Source of the DNA: the human T2T-CHM13v2.0 reference genome, Homo sapiens
DNA length: 64,000 nt
NCBI RefSeq assembly: GCF_009914755.1
Contig: NC_060929.1
Direction: 5' to 3' (one strand)
The notes under the pieces were generated by a model that was not told the origin of the DNA, did not search any database, and was given only the letters and a program-made list of their open reading frames with translations. Both the position numbers and the translations under genes were made by a program. Shown here in pieces: positions 1 through 12,579 of the stretch (positions are counted from its first letter, which is position 1; every line of letters starts with the position of its first letter).

Positions 1-514
1 ACGCTGAGCAACATCTTACAAGAGTGGGCAGTTTCCAGGTGGCCCCAGGGGTCTCTCACTCCCTGAGGAGAGCCAGACTGGGACCCTCTAAAGAGCAGAG
101 GCCAGGCGGAGGACCCTTGAACTGGGTCTGTGAGCAGTGCTGGACATTCAGCCCCATTCCGAATAAATACTTCACATTCTACATAGCTAAGTATTAAATA
201 TTTTGCAGTTTCCAGTTATCTAAAAATTGCTAATCCACATACGTAGAGTTGTTTATCCTCCGTCTACTCCTCAATTCCCCAAAATCCAGATTCTACCCTC
301 AATGCATAAATTAAGCTGCTTTAAATTCACCAATGATGCCCATTCTGCCAAATCCAACTGACTCCCTATAGCTCTTTTCTTCCCATTACTTCTTTCTGGG
401 TCTTGTTGAATCCATTCCTGATTTTCACTGGTGCTTGTCCTTACGCCATGCAAATTTATTCTCCAAACTAACACAATAGTAGTTAATGAATGAAGCACAT
501 GTAACATGTCATCC

Positions 515-1060
515 CTCTTGTAAAACCCTCCAGTGGATCCCTGTGGCCCAAAGGAAGAAGTCCAAGCCTCCCAGACACAGGCCTTTGCTAGCTCTACAGC
601 AGGCTCTCCCTCTACTCCTTACCTCAACGCTCATGTTCTTGTAGCGTCAAAGCACTCCTCACATCATTTTTGCATTCAACAGGAATTTACCAGATACCCA
701 CTATGTGCCCCCTCAAGGAATGTTTTATACCTTTGCATATGTTGTTCTCTCTACTGTAAATGGCCCTGTCCTGCCACCATTTCCTTCCCCTCCCCTGCTA
801 CCTCATCCTCATTCTGAAAGGCTCAATTCAGGACACTGACCTCCTCTAGGAAATCTTCCATCATATTACCTCCCATCAATTAGGACAGCCATTCCTTTTT
901 TCCATGCTCCCAATGTCTCCTCCTTGCATCGCTTTCACTATACTCTATCTTATTAAATTTTAATGAAGTCCTCCACCCCCAAATTATGAGCTTCTTCTGG
1001 CCAGTCTTTTCTGTATTTGTTTTCCAGAGCCAAACACCCCATGTGTGATTGCAGAATGAA
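515..1060 (+). mobile_element. L2 LINE 3' fragment (ancient, decayed)
   Basis: L2-like segments 'aaaaccctccagtgg...aagtccaagcctcc', 'cctcctctaggaaatcttcc' and 'aaattatgagcttct'; boundaries approximate. Confidence 0.6.
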
Positions 1061-1079
1061 CTAAACCCAATCTGTCTTG

Positions 1080-1350
1080 CTTTCTGCTCAGATGCAACCT
1101 CCTCGACAAGGCTTTCCTCCACCCTTCTCTAAAACTGCCCCTACTCCGCAAGCTCTAGCCCCTAACCCTGCCTTATTTTCCTTTACGACACTAACTACCT
1201 GAGATTATAGCATATATTTATTTCTCTTCCACATCGAGGATGAGAGTTCCACAAGGCCAGGGACTTTGTTCCCACTATTGACTGCCTGAATCCACAGAAT
1301 CTGGAATAGACAGGTATTCGATACATAACGTTGAATAAGCAAATGAATGC
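1080..1350 (+). mobile_element. L2 LINE 3' end
   Basis: 'gatgagagttccacaaggccagggactttgt...gttgaataagcaaatgaatg' resembles the L2 3' terminus with its (TGAA)n-like tail. Confidence 0.75.
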
Positions 1351-2747
1351 ACTAAGTGTCTGAACTACTTCAGCTTCCGAAAACTTCAATCATTTGTCTA
1401 TCATTTTACCAACCCACCTACCGCCCTTATTGTCATTTACTTAATAACTTTTCTTTAAATTGACTAGCTATTTTCAGCAAAATTATTCTAAAAGGAAACT
1501 ATATGTAGAAAACCATTCAACTGAAGGGAAGCACAAAAGTAGGCATATAATTATTAAATTCAAAATGCCTGTGTATCTCCTGAAATCATCTCACAGGCCA
1601 GCACCGGTGCTTTTACTGGTAGCTTACCACACTTTGGGAAGTGCTATTGACTTGATCAAACAGATCTTTGATTCCCCAACTGTGCCGGATCGCGATGTAT
1701 ATTATGTATGCTTTTCACCTAGTACTGAAAAATACCCACAACCTGAAGAGTTTAGTGCCTACACCCAAAGCATTTCTCTGTCATGGAAGCTTCAAAGGTT
1801 CAGTCCGAATACCACACTTCTCAAATTGCAGTGAATGAACCTCAAGCACACACAAGAGTTTTTGTGTTTCATTTTCTCTTTGAAAGAAAAAAAAAAATCT
1901 GACAGAAAAAGAAACAGAATGAAAGCCATATTGATGGCTCTTACCCAGAGACTCCACTCTGGGATGAAGCTATGCTGCAGCCTGAAACACTGGCAATTCC
2001 TAAGAGTGTATAATGCCCCAAAAACAGAAAATGTGACCAATAGTTGTTCCAAGCAACGGAGACATAACTTCAAAAGCATTAGTACTTATAATTAGTTTCC
2101 ATAAAAATCCCAAATTTTCTTCACTTCAACCAAGACAGGTTTCTTCTTTAAGACAAACTACTTTCGAATAAGTTGTTAAGTCTTTTAGAGAACTCCTTAC
2201 ATCCAGTTAAAGGATCTGTCTTCAAATCTTTTTCTCTCTCTTGGCTAAGCGGGAACATGAGATGTTTTCAGTTAGAGAACAGAAAGCTTTCCAAGCATTT
2301 GTGAGAAATTGGTGGGTTTTGCCTCTTAAAATGCTGTAACTATACACAAATATTTTAAATCTATTCCAAGTGGCAAGTTTTCAGGATTATAAACAGAGAA
2401 CTGATCAGTGTGTTCCAATGTTGACATGGTAAAAATGAAAACTAAGTTCAGCAGTTGCTGATGGTCTCAAAATTATGCTATCCACTGATCCGTAGTGTAT
2501 TTTTTTCTTTCTTCTTTGAAATGAAGCACAAAGATTCAATAAGAAATAAAAACCTACTGACATTTTAACGAAGCCTCTATCCACCATTACAGACAGACAT
2601 ACATATAGAAAAATAAGCATTAAAACTTTATTGTAAGAATAATGGTATCCAACTCTTTTCCTACTGTTCACTTTTTCTGCTGTTTTGCTACAGAAAGCTG
2701 TTGATACATCCATCACTGGCATTTTTGAGAGACAGTATTGTGTGGAG

Positions 2748-4204
2748 CAGCAGTTCTCAAATGTGCTCCTGCAGAAATCTGAATGTCTCTGAGTCTCTTT
2801 TATGGGCCATGGGGTGAAAACTATTTTCCTTATAATACTACTGACCTGACATTTGTGCTGAAGGTGCAAAAGCAATGATAGATGAAGCAATTCATGCCTT
2901 GTGAAAATCATGGCAATCATGCCAAACCGTACTCACTAATCATTGTATTCTTCTCCATCACACACTTGCAGTACAGACACACACACACACAAACACAAAG
3001 CATCAAAGCCACTTCATTTAAGAATGTTGTTGAAGTAATAAAACTACTAATTTTATTAAACTTTTTTAAATATTAAATTTTATTAAATCTTGACCCTCCT
3101 TACATCTTCGTAGTATTCTTTGAGATAAAATGATAAAATGAGTAATACAGATAAAGCTTTTCACTGCATACCAAAAAGTACAATGGTCATGTCCAGATAA
3201 AGCATTTGTGCAACTGTCTGAGTTGCAAGCTGAAGTAGTTATTTTCTGTTTTGTTTTGATTTTTCCATAGAACAGCATTTTTACTTGAAAATACAACTGA
3301 CAAACTATGGCTTTTCAAACTTGTGTATTGCAAACATTTTCTCAAAAAGTAAGACTGTCACTTCAAAGAAAACTATTGACAGCAGGTGTTGCCAATAATA
3401 AAATTCACCTTTCAAGTAAAAATTAGAATTTTGGAAAACCTGGGTCCACAACTATGAGATTGGCAGCTCTCCAATACCTTTTCTGATGAGATCAATGGTG
3501 ATATTAATGAACATAAATCGTTGATATTGTCTAACAAAGTATGTCACATAACTCAATGAACATAACTCAGTGAACCAATATTTTTCAAATGACCAATGAG
3601 TGATGTTACAAAATGATGATGGGTAAAAGACCTATTCATAGTGAAAGATATACCAATGTATTTTAATGTAAGGAGTTAAAAAATTCATTGATATTGTTTC
3701 AGGTATCACACAACTAACTTTTGAGAAACTTGTTAAGTTTTGGTGTGGTATCAAAGAAGAATAGTCACAGCTATCTGAAAAATAACAATTAAAATACTCC
3801 TCTTTTTTTCCAACTATATATATTTATGAAGCTGGGTTTCCTTCATATACTTTAATCAAAATGACATCCAGGAACAGAATGTAGAAGCAAATATGAGAAT
3901 ACTGTATTCTATTAAAAGTCAGACAATGTAAAAATGTAAAACCATGCCATTCTTCTAACTAAATGTTTTTGTTTCAGAACATGGAGTTATTTTATCATTA
4001 TAAACTGTGTTTATGTTAACATGTGATGGGGTTGCTATTGTTATTTTTAAATGAGTAAGAAAGAATTTTTTTTTAATTTCTCATTTTAATTTATAAGACA
4101 GTAAATATGGATAGACATAAGCCACATCCACAAAATTTCTTTAAATCTTCAACAATTTTTAAAAGTGTAAAGGAGTCTGAGGCCAAAAGATTTCAAAATC
4201 ACTG
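2748..4204 (+). mobile_element. hAT-Charlie DNA transposon, Charlie1a-like, both ends present (1457 bp)
   Basis: Starts cagcagttctcaaa and ends tttcaaaatcactg (degenerate terminal inverted repeats); 'aaaactattttccttataatacta' is a Charlie1-type subterminal; 8-bp flanks gtgtggag / gtctagca, the second close to the hAT NTCTAGAN target; no intact transposase ORF. Confidence 0.8.
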
Positions 4205-4214
4205 GTCTAGCATT

Positions 4215-4390
4215 GAAGAGACTGGAATCTGTAGTTAAGAAAGATCCACAAATTATGACTCAACCATTCACTGACTGTGTGACCCCTGGTGCAAATCATT
4301 TCATCCCTCTGAGCCTCAGTTTGCTTATCTGTAAAAGAAACGATATTCCCCCACCTCACAAGGCTGTTATGAGTCCTTAACACATACTAA
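4215..4390 (+). mobile_element. MIR SINE
   Basis: MIR core 'ctgtgtgacccctgg...ctctgagcctcagtttgcttatctgtaaaa'. Confidence 0.8.
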
Positions 4391-4718
4391 CCCCCTCTAA
4401 TAATTGCTAGCTTCTGATATTACCTTCATCTTGTCCTTTTTGGCCAACTTATTAAGTTGACACTAAAGTTGTTTAGATTTTTAAGGAGAGGATAAAGTGC
4501 CCTCCCCAAAACAGATGAAGGTTCCTCCTCTCAGGGGCTATAGGACCACATAGCTGTTAAGCCTGAGTCACAGTTCACCACAATATTGTTTGATACAGTG
4601 ATTTCACCAGGGCTTAGTTAATCTCCTTACCAACCTGTTCCTCAGGAGAGTGGGAGCTAAACATGGGAGAAAATTCTATCATTTCCTGAGGCCACCAAAG
4701 TATTTTTCATTATCACCC

Positions 4719-4772
4719 GTGTGTGTGTGTTTGTGTGTGTGTGTGCCTGCGTGCACGCATGTGTGTATGTGT
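4719..4772. repeat. Imperfect (TG)n microsatellite
   Basis: gtgtgt... tract with interruptions, containing the palindrome tgcgtgcacgca at 4748-4759. Confidence 0.95.
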
Positions 4773-6474
4773 TTAAGCTATGGTGGGTGCTCAGAGTAGC
4801 ATAAAACCAATTACTTCTAATTCAATTTTGTAATGGTTGCAGGGTTCCAATACAGTTGTTGTACATAATCTCTGAAACTTTTTGCCATGATCTTAGGGAA
4901 AGACAACAGCCCAGTAGAATAAGGTGAGAAATAAAAGAAACCACCCTCCCCCAAGCCTTTTTTTTTTTTTTTTCATTTTCCATTTACTCTTCAAGTCCTG
5001 TGGGATAGGTACACAAAGTACAAAAATAATCATTTCTCAATTTTCCCCTATTACTTTTTCCATAATTTGAAAACATAAAGCTCTTTCCACTGGCTGCCTT
5101 TCTAATTCTCCTTTCTATTCCTATTCCAGTGCAAAAGTATTTTGCCAATGAAAGTGCTATAAACAGCCATGCCCTCACTGAAAAAGGCAATATGCCGTTA
5201 GCCTGACATATACCTCGCTTTTCCGCTCATTGTCAACACAGTGATTGATGGTGTAGTTCATTAATGTGAGACGATTGTCAGCTTTTCCTGAATAAATATA
5301 AAAAGAAACAAAGAAATCTCCACCCTTTTCAAGCCAGAGTGAATTATTTCCTATTTTCCAGGCTTATGTTTAAAAATCCATAGGGCATTCATCTTACAGT
5401 AAATAATGAACATACCCTTTAATGGAAGAAATTTTAGTTTGAGTTCAAGGCTGACATAGTTTTTATATATATAGAAAAGGAGGAAGGAGTGCTATTCAAA
5501 GGATGAAGCCATATAGGCACCTAAAATTGTACTTGAAAGCAGTACTTCATCTTTAGTATACATAGTCATGTAAAATGTAAGAAATTATCACCTTTGGAAA
5601 TCTGTAAAGTAAAAAGGATCTGTCATGTGCTAAACTAAAATGTAACAAGAATCATAAGGAAAGAAAGCAATAGAGTGGATGGAGAGCTAGAGGACTAATT
5701 TGCAGCTGTGTAGGAAAGTTGATTAAAATCGGTGCACATCAAAAGGAAGTTTTGTGAAAATAATCAAAACAGATTTTCCTTTCGATCACTCTTTACTCAT
5801 GATGCAAGTTTGGGATGCTTCTACTGCCAGATACATTTATATATATAAGCTCAAGAAAGGTAAGATCTTGGTTCCATTTGCCCTTTTATCAAGGGTTATT
5901 GCTGCTGTGACTTTTCTCTGCACTGGCATCTTTATCTTTCTGTCTGTTTGAACTGCTTTAATTGGCTCTTTGCTAACTCTGTTAGTCACAAGATCAACAA
6001 ACATCACTGGGTGTGTCTTGCTTTTAGCTTTGGTGTACAAAAAGCAACAGCCGAAACAAAAACATCCCCATACATATGGCACCCACAAGCTGATGAACAT
6101 GCAGTGTCTCACTCTGGGCATTCTGTTCCTGTACAGATTTTCTTGGGTGGTAATGTGCTAATGACAATAATAATTTATTCTGAAGATGTGCTAAATTTCT
6201 TGAGTTGAATTGTGAAGTATTTTGAATACCACTAGAAGGCACAGGAAACACAACTGCAGGAAAAAAAAAAAAAACTGGCATTCTGCCACCACTTGAAGAT
6301 TTAATCTGATTGTAATAGAAGGTGATTATTGAGGACTAACCAGAAGACCTTGGATAATTTCCTCTTAAAATGACAGCTTGCCTGTGTATTGTGCATTCTT
6401 AGAGCACATATGCACGGATCTGTTTTCAGAATGTTCTAATTCTTAGCAATATAGGCAGAGGGACTCAAAGCGTG

Positions 6475-6710
6475 ACAACAGCTTACATTCATTGAGGACT
6501 GAGCACATGCCCACAAGCCATGTGCTCAAACTTCATGAATCTCACCTGGCTCAATCCACACTTCAGCTCTAGTAGGTGTGATCTATCACTGCTCCCGTTC
6601 TAAAGATGAGGAAGATGGAGCTAAGATTACACAAGTGGCTCCTTTGAGATCATGGATGAGTAAGTGGTGTAGTCAGGGTTCTCACCCAGCCCTGCCTGAC
6701 TGCAAAGCCA
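6475..6710 (-). mobile_element. MIR SINE
   Basis: Reverse MIR pattern 'cattcattgaggact...aagatgaggaagatggagct...gtaagtggt...gactgcaaagcc'. Confidence 0.7.
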
Positions 6711-6768
6711 GAACTGTGAGACACTAAAATGTTGGGAGAATTTCTATCAAGGAAAATGGCAATCATCA

Positions 6769-7092
<324 letters not shown>

Positions 7093-7332
7093 CTGCTTCT
7101 CAGTGATATCAAATTTGAGGTCTCATTTCCTCCTCACTCTGACTATATTAAGTCAGCAAAGCACATACTATTATGTTCCTTTTACAGATAAGAAAAACAA
7201 AGTCCAGGGAGGCTACAGGACTATCTTAAGGTTCAACAGCTCTGACTTACAGGACCTGGGACCAGAATTCGGGTCTTTCCAGAACACTATCATTTTGCTA
7301 TAAAGTAGCAAACCAAAAAGACAGAGAGGTAG

Positions 7333-7360
7333 TAGGTAGGTAGGTAGGTAGGTAGGTAGA
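7333..7360. repeat. (TAGG)6 tetranucleotide repeat
   Basis: Six tagg units (7333-7356) followed by taga. Confidence 0.95.
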
Positions 7361-8505
7361 TAATCAAAGTCTTTCAGAGTCACTGAGTAGAAAGGTAGTT
7401 ATTGCTGCCATATTTCAATTTACAACTGCTTAGCTTGTTCTATAATGAATTCCATGTTTCCCTACTAGCTGCCAAGTAGGGAACTGTGCTCTGGAAGTCT
7501 CTGCATCCACTGAATGTCACATTATCTCAATAGCTTCAGGTGATAAGATCCTGGATTCTTCATGGTGAAGGAAGGCTAAGAGTCTTGATAAGCTTGAGGT
7601 GGAAGTGGCAATGCTGCTTGAAATTTACAGCCAGACTTACCATCATGGGAAACTCTTCCTGTAAGAAGCCAGCCAGCAATATATCTGCCCATACTTCTCA
7701 AACAGTCATAGCAACACTCCCAGCATGTCACGGAATAATAAAAACCAGTTGTGAGGAATGGAGAATTTTAGAGAGAGAAAAGTGCCCTTCAACAAACTCT
7801 AGGCTTTACACGTTACCATGACCCAAAGACTGCAATAGAAAAGTTCCCATGGCTTAACAGCAAATTTAGATGGACAAGCTTTCTGGAATCTGCCGGGGCT
7901 AGACCTTGACATTCATCCAGAACATCCCACAAGGGAGGAAACAACCCACAAGAGCAGTAAATTTCTTAATCAAATCTCAAAAGTGCCCCCAATTAATAAC
8001 ACTACTCACTTTTAGGATTTTAATACCAGAGAATGAAGCTCCACCTACTACTGCTTTGACTACAAGAACTCAACTCACAGTAGTTCACAAAGTATGTGGT
8101 CTTCCCCTAAATATTGTCAGTAAGGGAGAGTGTATGCACTTTTGCTTCTTAAAGATGTGTTGAGTTGTGGGCCAATGAGAATATAATGAACCAACACTGA
8201 TAATGTACATAGAATGAATTTATTCTGTATTCCAAGGGACTCTTCCTATTTTCTCCCCAGCAAATTGAAAATGATATTTGTAACCTGATTTTAAAGCACT
8301 CTGAGTGTGCATTTCTCAGAGCTATTAACTGAGTTTGGATAGCGTTTTATATTTCTTTCCTGTACATTTATTATAGGACATCCAGGAGGGGGAAGAAATT
8401 AAAGATCATGAAATATCAGAGTTGTACATGCTTTTGTCTTTTCTGCATAAAAAAAACCAGAATATCAACTTTTGAAAGAAGACAAAAAATTATGATGATA
8501 GAATG

Positions 8506-8686
8506 CAGTGGTTCCTTAATCTTTTATGGCAGTGGACCCTTCTGAGAATTTGATAAAAGCCTCTCCCTAGGAAACTGCCTATGACTTAATAAAAAATGTT
8601 ACAGCAATTTTAGAAGTTTCACTGCCCTACCCCTGAAATCTAGTCTTAAATTGCCTATAGGTTAAGCTATAGGTTAAGAATCCCTG
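8506..8686. mobile_element. Short non-autonomous hAT (MER-type) DNA transposon
   Basis: Inverted termini cagtggttccttaatct / aggttaagaatccctg; internal 12-bp tandem duplication ctataggttaag at 8655-8678. Confidence 0.6.
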
Positions 8687-9432
8687 AATTATAATATTCC
8701 CAACACCATAAAAAATCAGTTCACCTAATTGACTTTTCCTGTGTACTAACAGAATCATAGCTCATGTTTTGCTATGGCAAATTCAGTGGCTATTTAAATT
8801 TTACTGGAATCTAAACTTCCTGACCTCTCTCATCCTCTCTTCTTCCTTGGATGCATTACTCAGTTTATGGATAACGGTATAGAGGAGAATTCAATTAGAA
8901 ACTCTGTCTAGAAGGCTGTTTTTGCATCTCTGCCACTTAAAACGCAGACCTTCAGAGAGGGGTTTCCCCATCAAGAGAAAACTGCATGTGTTCCCAGGAC
9001 AATCAAACTGAAAGAGTTACACTTCCAAAAGATAACTGGGGCTGAAAAGGAAGGCCAGCTCTTTGGGGAGCTGGGTGATATCACAAATAATTAAGTGATA
9101 ATTTCCACTGGAGTATTTAGTGGGGATGACACCATGAGTCCTTCACCCTTATCCCAGAGTGGTGGCCACTCTGTCCATTTTTACAATCTAATTTTACAAT
9201 AGGTTAACTCTGGAAAGGCTAGATGGTAAAGAGGCTATAGGGGGCATATGAGTGGAACTGACCAATTTGGTCATTAGTGAGTGTGGCACTTTTATTCCTC
9301 TCTTAGAGAAGTCAAGAACCATAATCACCAAATCACAAAGCAACGTGGGAATCCGTTTCAGGTAATCCCATCTTTGACACCACCCAGAAATTAGGTTTGT
9401 AATTTCACAAACTCATATAACCAATCATAGCC

Positions 9433-9437
<5 letters not shown>

Positions 9438-9470
<33 letters not shown>
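9438..9470. repeat. (A)33 homopolymer
   Basis: Uninterrupted A run with no recognisable SINE or LINE body upstream. Confidence 0.95.
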
Positions 9471-9471
<1 letters not shown>

Positions 9472-10984
9472 CCTGGGAATCTCTTGGGTTCTCACTAATG
9501 ATGAAATTTAAACACAGAATTGATTGGTCAGACCACACTTAATTATACCCAACTATACCCAAAAATACTCAAAACATAAAAAGTTTGGTCCATAAATAAA
9601 GCAGGAGAACAACTCCAATTTCTATTCTCTGTTAACAGAAGGTTTCTGTCTAACTTGTTCTTTTCCTTATGAAGCTGTAGAAATGAGTCTGGCTTGAAGA
9701 ATTCTATTTTTAAAAACTCTTCCTATTTACATATGCTTTACTTCTCAAAAGAATGTCACCTTCCTATTAATGCAACACTTAACAAAGGCAATGTCAGAAA
9801 TGTACCGTTGGTGGGGGCTTTTTTTCTCATTTGCCATTTTTTGATTGGAATCTGTGATAATTCATGTGTCCTCATTGTGAGACAACTAAAAATTATCATT
9901 GTCAATACAGTTTCCTAACAATCCCAGAACCCAGGCAATTAGTTATAAATAAGTCATTGTTGGCAAAATAAAGAATGTCATCTAATGTCTCAGATGAATT
10001 AAAGGAACAGCTGGGAAAGGAAAGGAAGAAGCACAGAGAGAGAAAAAAAGGGGACACAGACTTCTTTATGGGGTCCCAGTAAAAGGAAAAACTTTATATG
10101 CCTAAATAAAGACACCAAAAAAAATAAACATGCTTGAGAAGTCATTATCCAATACACTTTTAAGCCAAATCCTAAAAACAGCTTTTCTGGAATGCTTTTG
10201 GATGACTGTTTATATGTTAAAATCAACATTTAAATTGTGCTACAAAGCTTATTGTGTACTACATAAGCAGTTCTAAGACCTCTAGAACAACATAGCTTTG
10301 GGTCTAATCCACTGAAAACACACTCTGTGCACATGAAAATTTGGTTCGCTCTGGTTGGGAAAAAGTGAGGAATGTGCTTGCCTCCAAATTAGAAGAGGGT
10401 CAAGAAAGCATTTAAAAAATATATTCCTCCATGAATGACCAAGTAGCCAGGGCCCCTTCGTGCACCTGAGAGATTTGCCAGCCAAGATGCAGATCAATTC
10501 CTGAAAGAAGCATTCATACCTTAAATATGCATTTATTCTCTCCCCCTCCACCAAAATGCACAGTTCCAATTTTTTTTTTCAAAAATAGGAGTTCAGAAAT
10601 GAGGGGTGTTAGAAACACATAAGTTCTATTTGTTTAAACCAAAGTTAAGTATCATGAGATATGAAGGAAAGAAAAATCTTAGCAACCAGATAGATCCCAG
10701 TCACCCAACAAATGTTAAAATTGATTTTACAAGTTATTTTCTCCAAATTGGAAAGCAGCTTTCTACCATAGCATACCAAGTGAACAATGATCCATTTAAT
10801 CATGATGTGGGAGATAGATTTTATTTGCTAGCATGTAAGAGCTGCTTCAGGTTCACTACTCTTCAATACTATTTCACCTAACAGTCTGAACAACTCATCA
10901 TGGTTCCATGTGTAAGAATAAGAGATTATTTCTATTGAAACAAGTGGTACCAAAAAAAAGTAAAATAAAATGAGATCACTAGAA

Positions 10985-11680
<696 letters not shown>

Positions 11681-12415
11681 GGGACACTTTAAAAATGTCA
11701 AAATGGCTTTTATCAGTTTAAATTCTAATTAACATCATCTCTTTTAGACTCAAGGAATGTAAGATGCTGGAAGTAGGAGGTGATTTTGACCTTGGCCAAG
11801 GGGAAGCTCAGCCAGTGGAAAGCTCTCCCAGCCTCATGCTCTCCTCAACTACAGGAGCTCTGCTTTTATTTACTTTAATTATATTTTTAACTTGATGTCA
11901 AGCCAAGCCCTTTTTAATTTATGAAGGAGAAAACCCCCCAGAAAAGTTAGAAGTCTTGCCTAAAGTCACACAGCTTGTTAGTTGAAGATCTCATATTAAA
12001 ACTCAGATGTCTTCATTCAGATAATCCTGTGTCCACTTTGTGGTTCTGTCTGTCCAACAAAGAGCGCATGTTTTCTGTTAATTGTTTTATAGTGTTAAGA
12101 GACCCACACAGAACTACCCAAATTGTCTTGCACAGTATTTCCTCCTTCAAAACCTACCCTCAACCTCGTGATTGTGTGGAACTTGACAAAAGAGCCTCGT
12201 TTAAGAAATGCCACTAGAAGCCAGTTAACAATAAAATATCACACTTTCTTTACTATGCCAGCCCTGGTCTTAAAGTATCTTTGTAAATGATCATGTCTCC
12301 TTAAACTTTAGAGTGAGAATTCATACTATGAATACGAAAAAGATGGCAGACTTACTGAGGACAACTTCCTGTTATCCAGGAGATAACTATTTTAGACATC
12401 ACACAAAAAACAAGC

Positions 12416-12579
12416 AAAAAAAATTAGCTGGGCACGGTGGTGCACACCTGTAGTCCCAGCTACTCAGGAGGCTGAGGCAGGAGAGTCCCTTGAGCCAAGG
12501 AAGTCCAGGCTGCAGTGAGCTGAGATCTGCACTCCAGCCTGGGCAAGAGAGCAAGACCCCATCTCAAAAAAAAAAAAAA
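12416..12579 (+). mobile_element. Solitary Alu right arm (AluJ/FRAM-like)
   Basis: aaattagctgggcacggtgg...cttgagccaaggaagtccaggctgcagtgagc...poly(A); J-type diagnostics; no left arm. Confidence 0.92.

Noticed and set aside
2405-2920. 171-aa minus-strand ORF, and the 116-aa ORF at 12949
   Set aside because: No recognisable homology and random-like composition; the first crosses a transposon boundary
6229-6242. CTCF-like CCACTAGAAGGCAC
   Set aside because: Mismatch in the G-rich core; a single weak match is expected by chance
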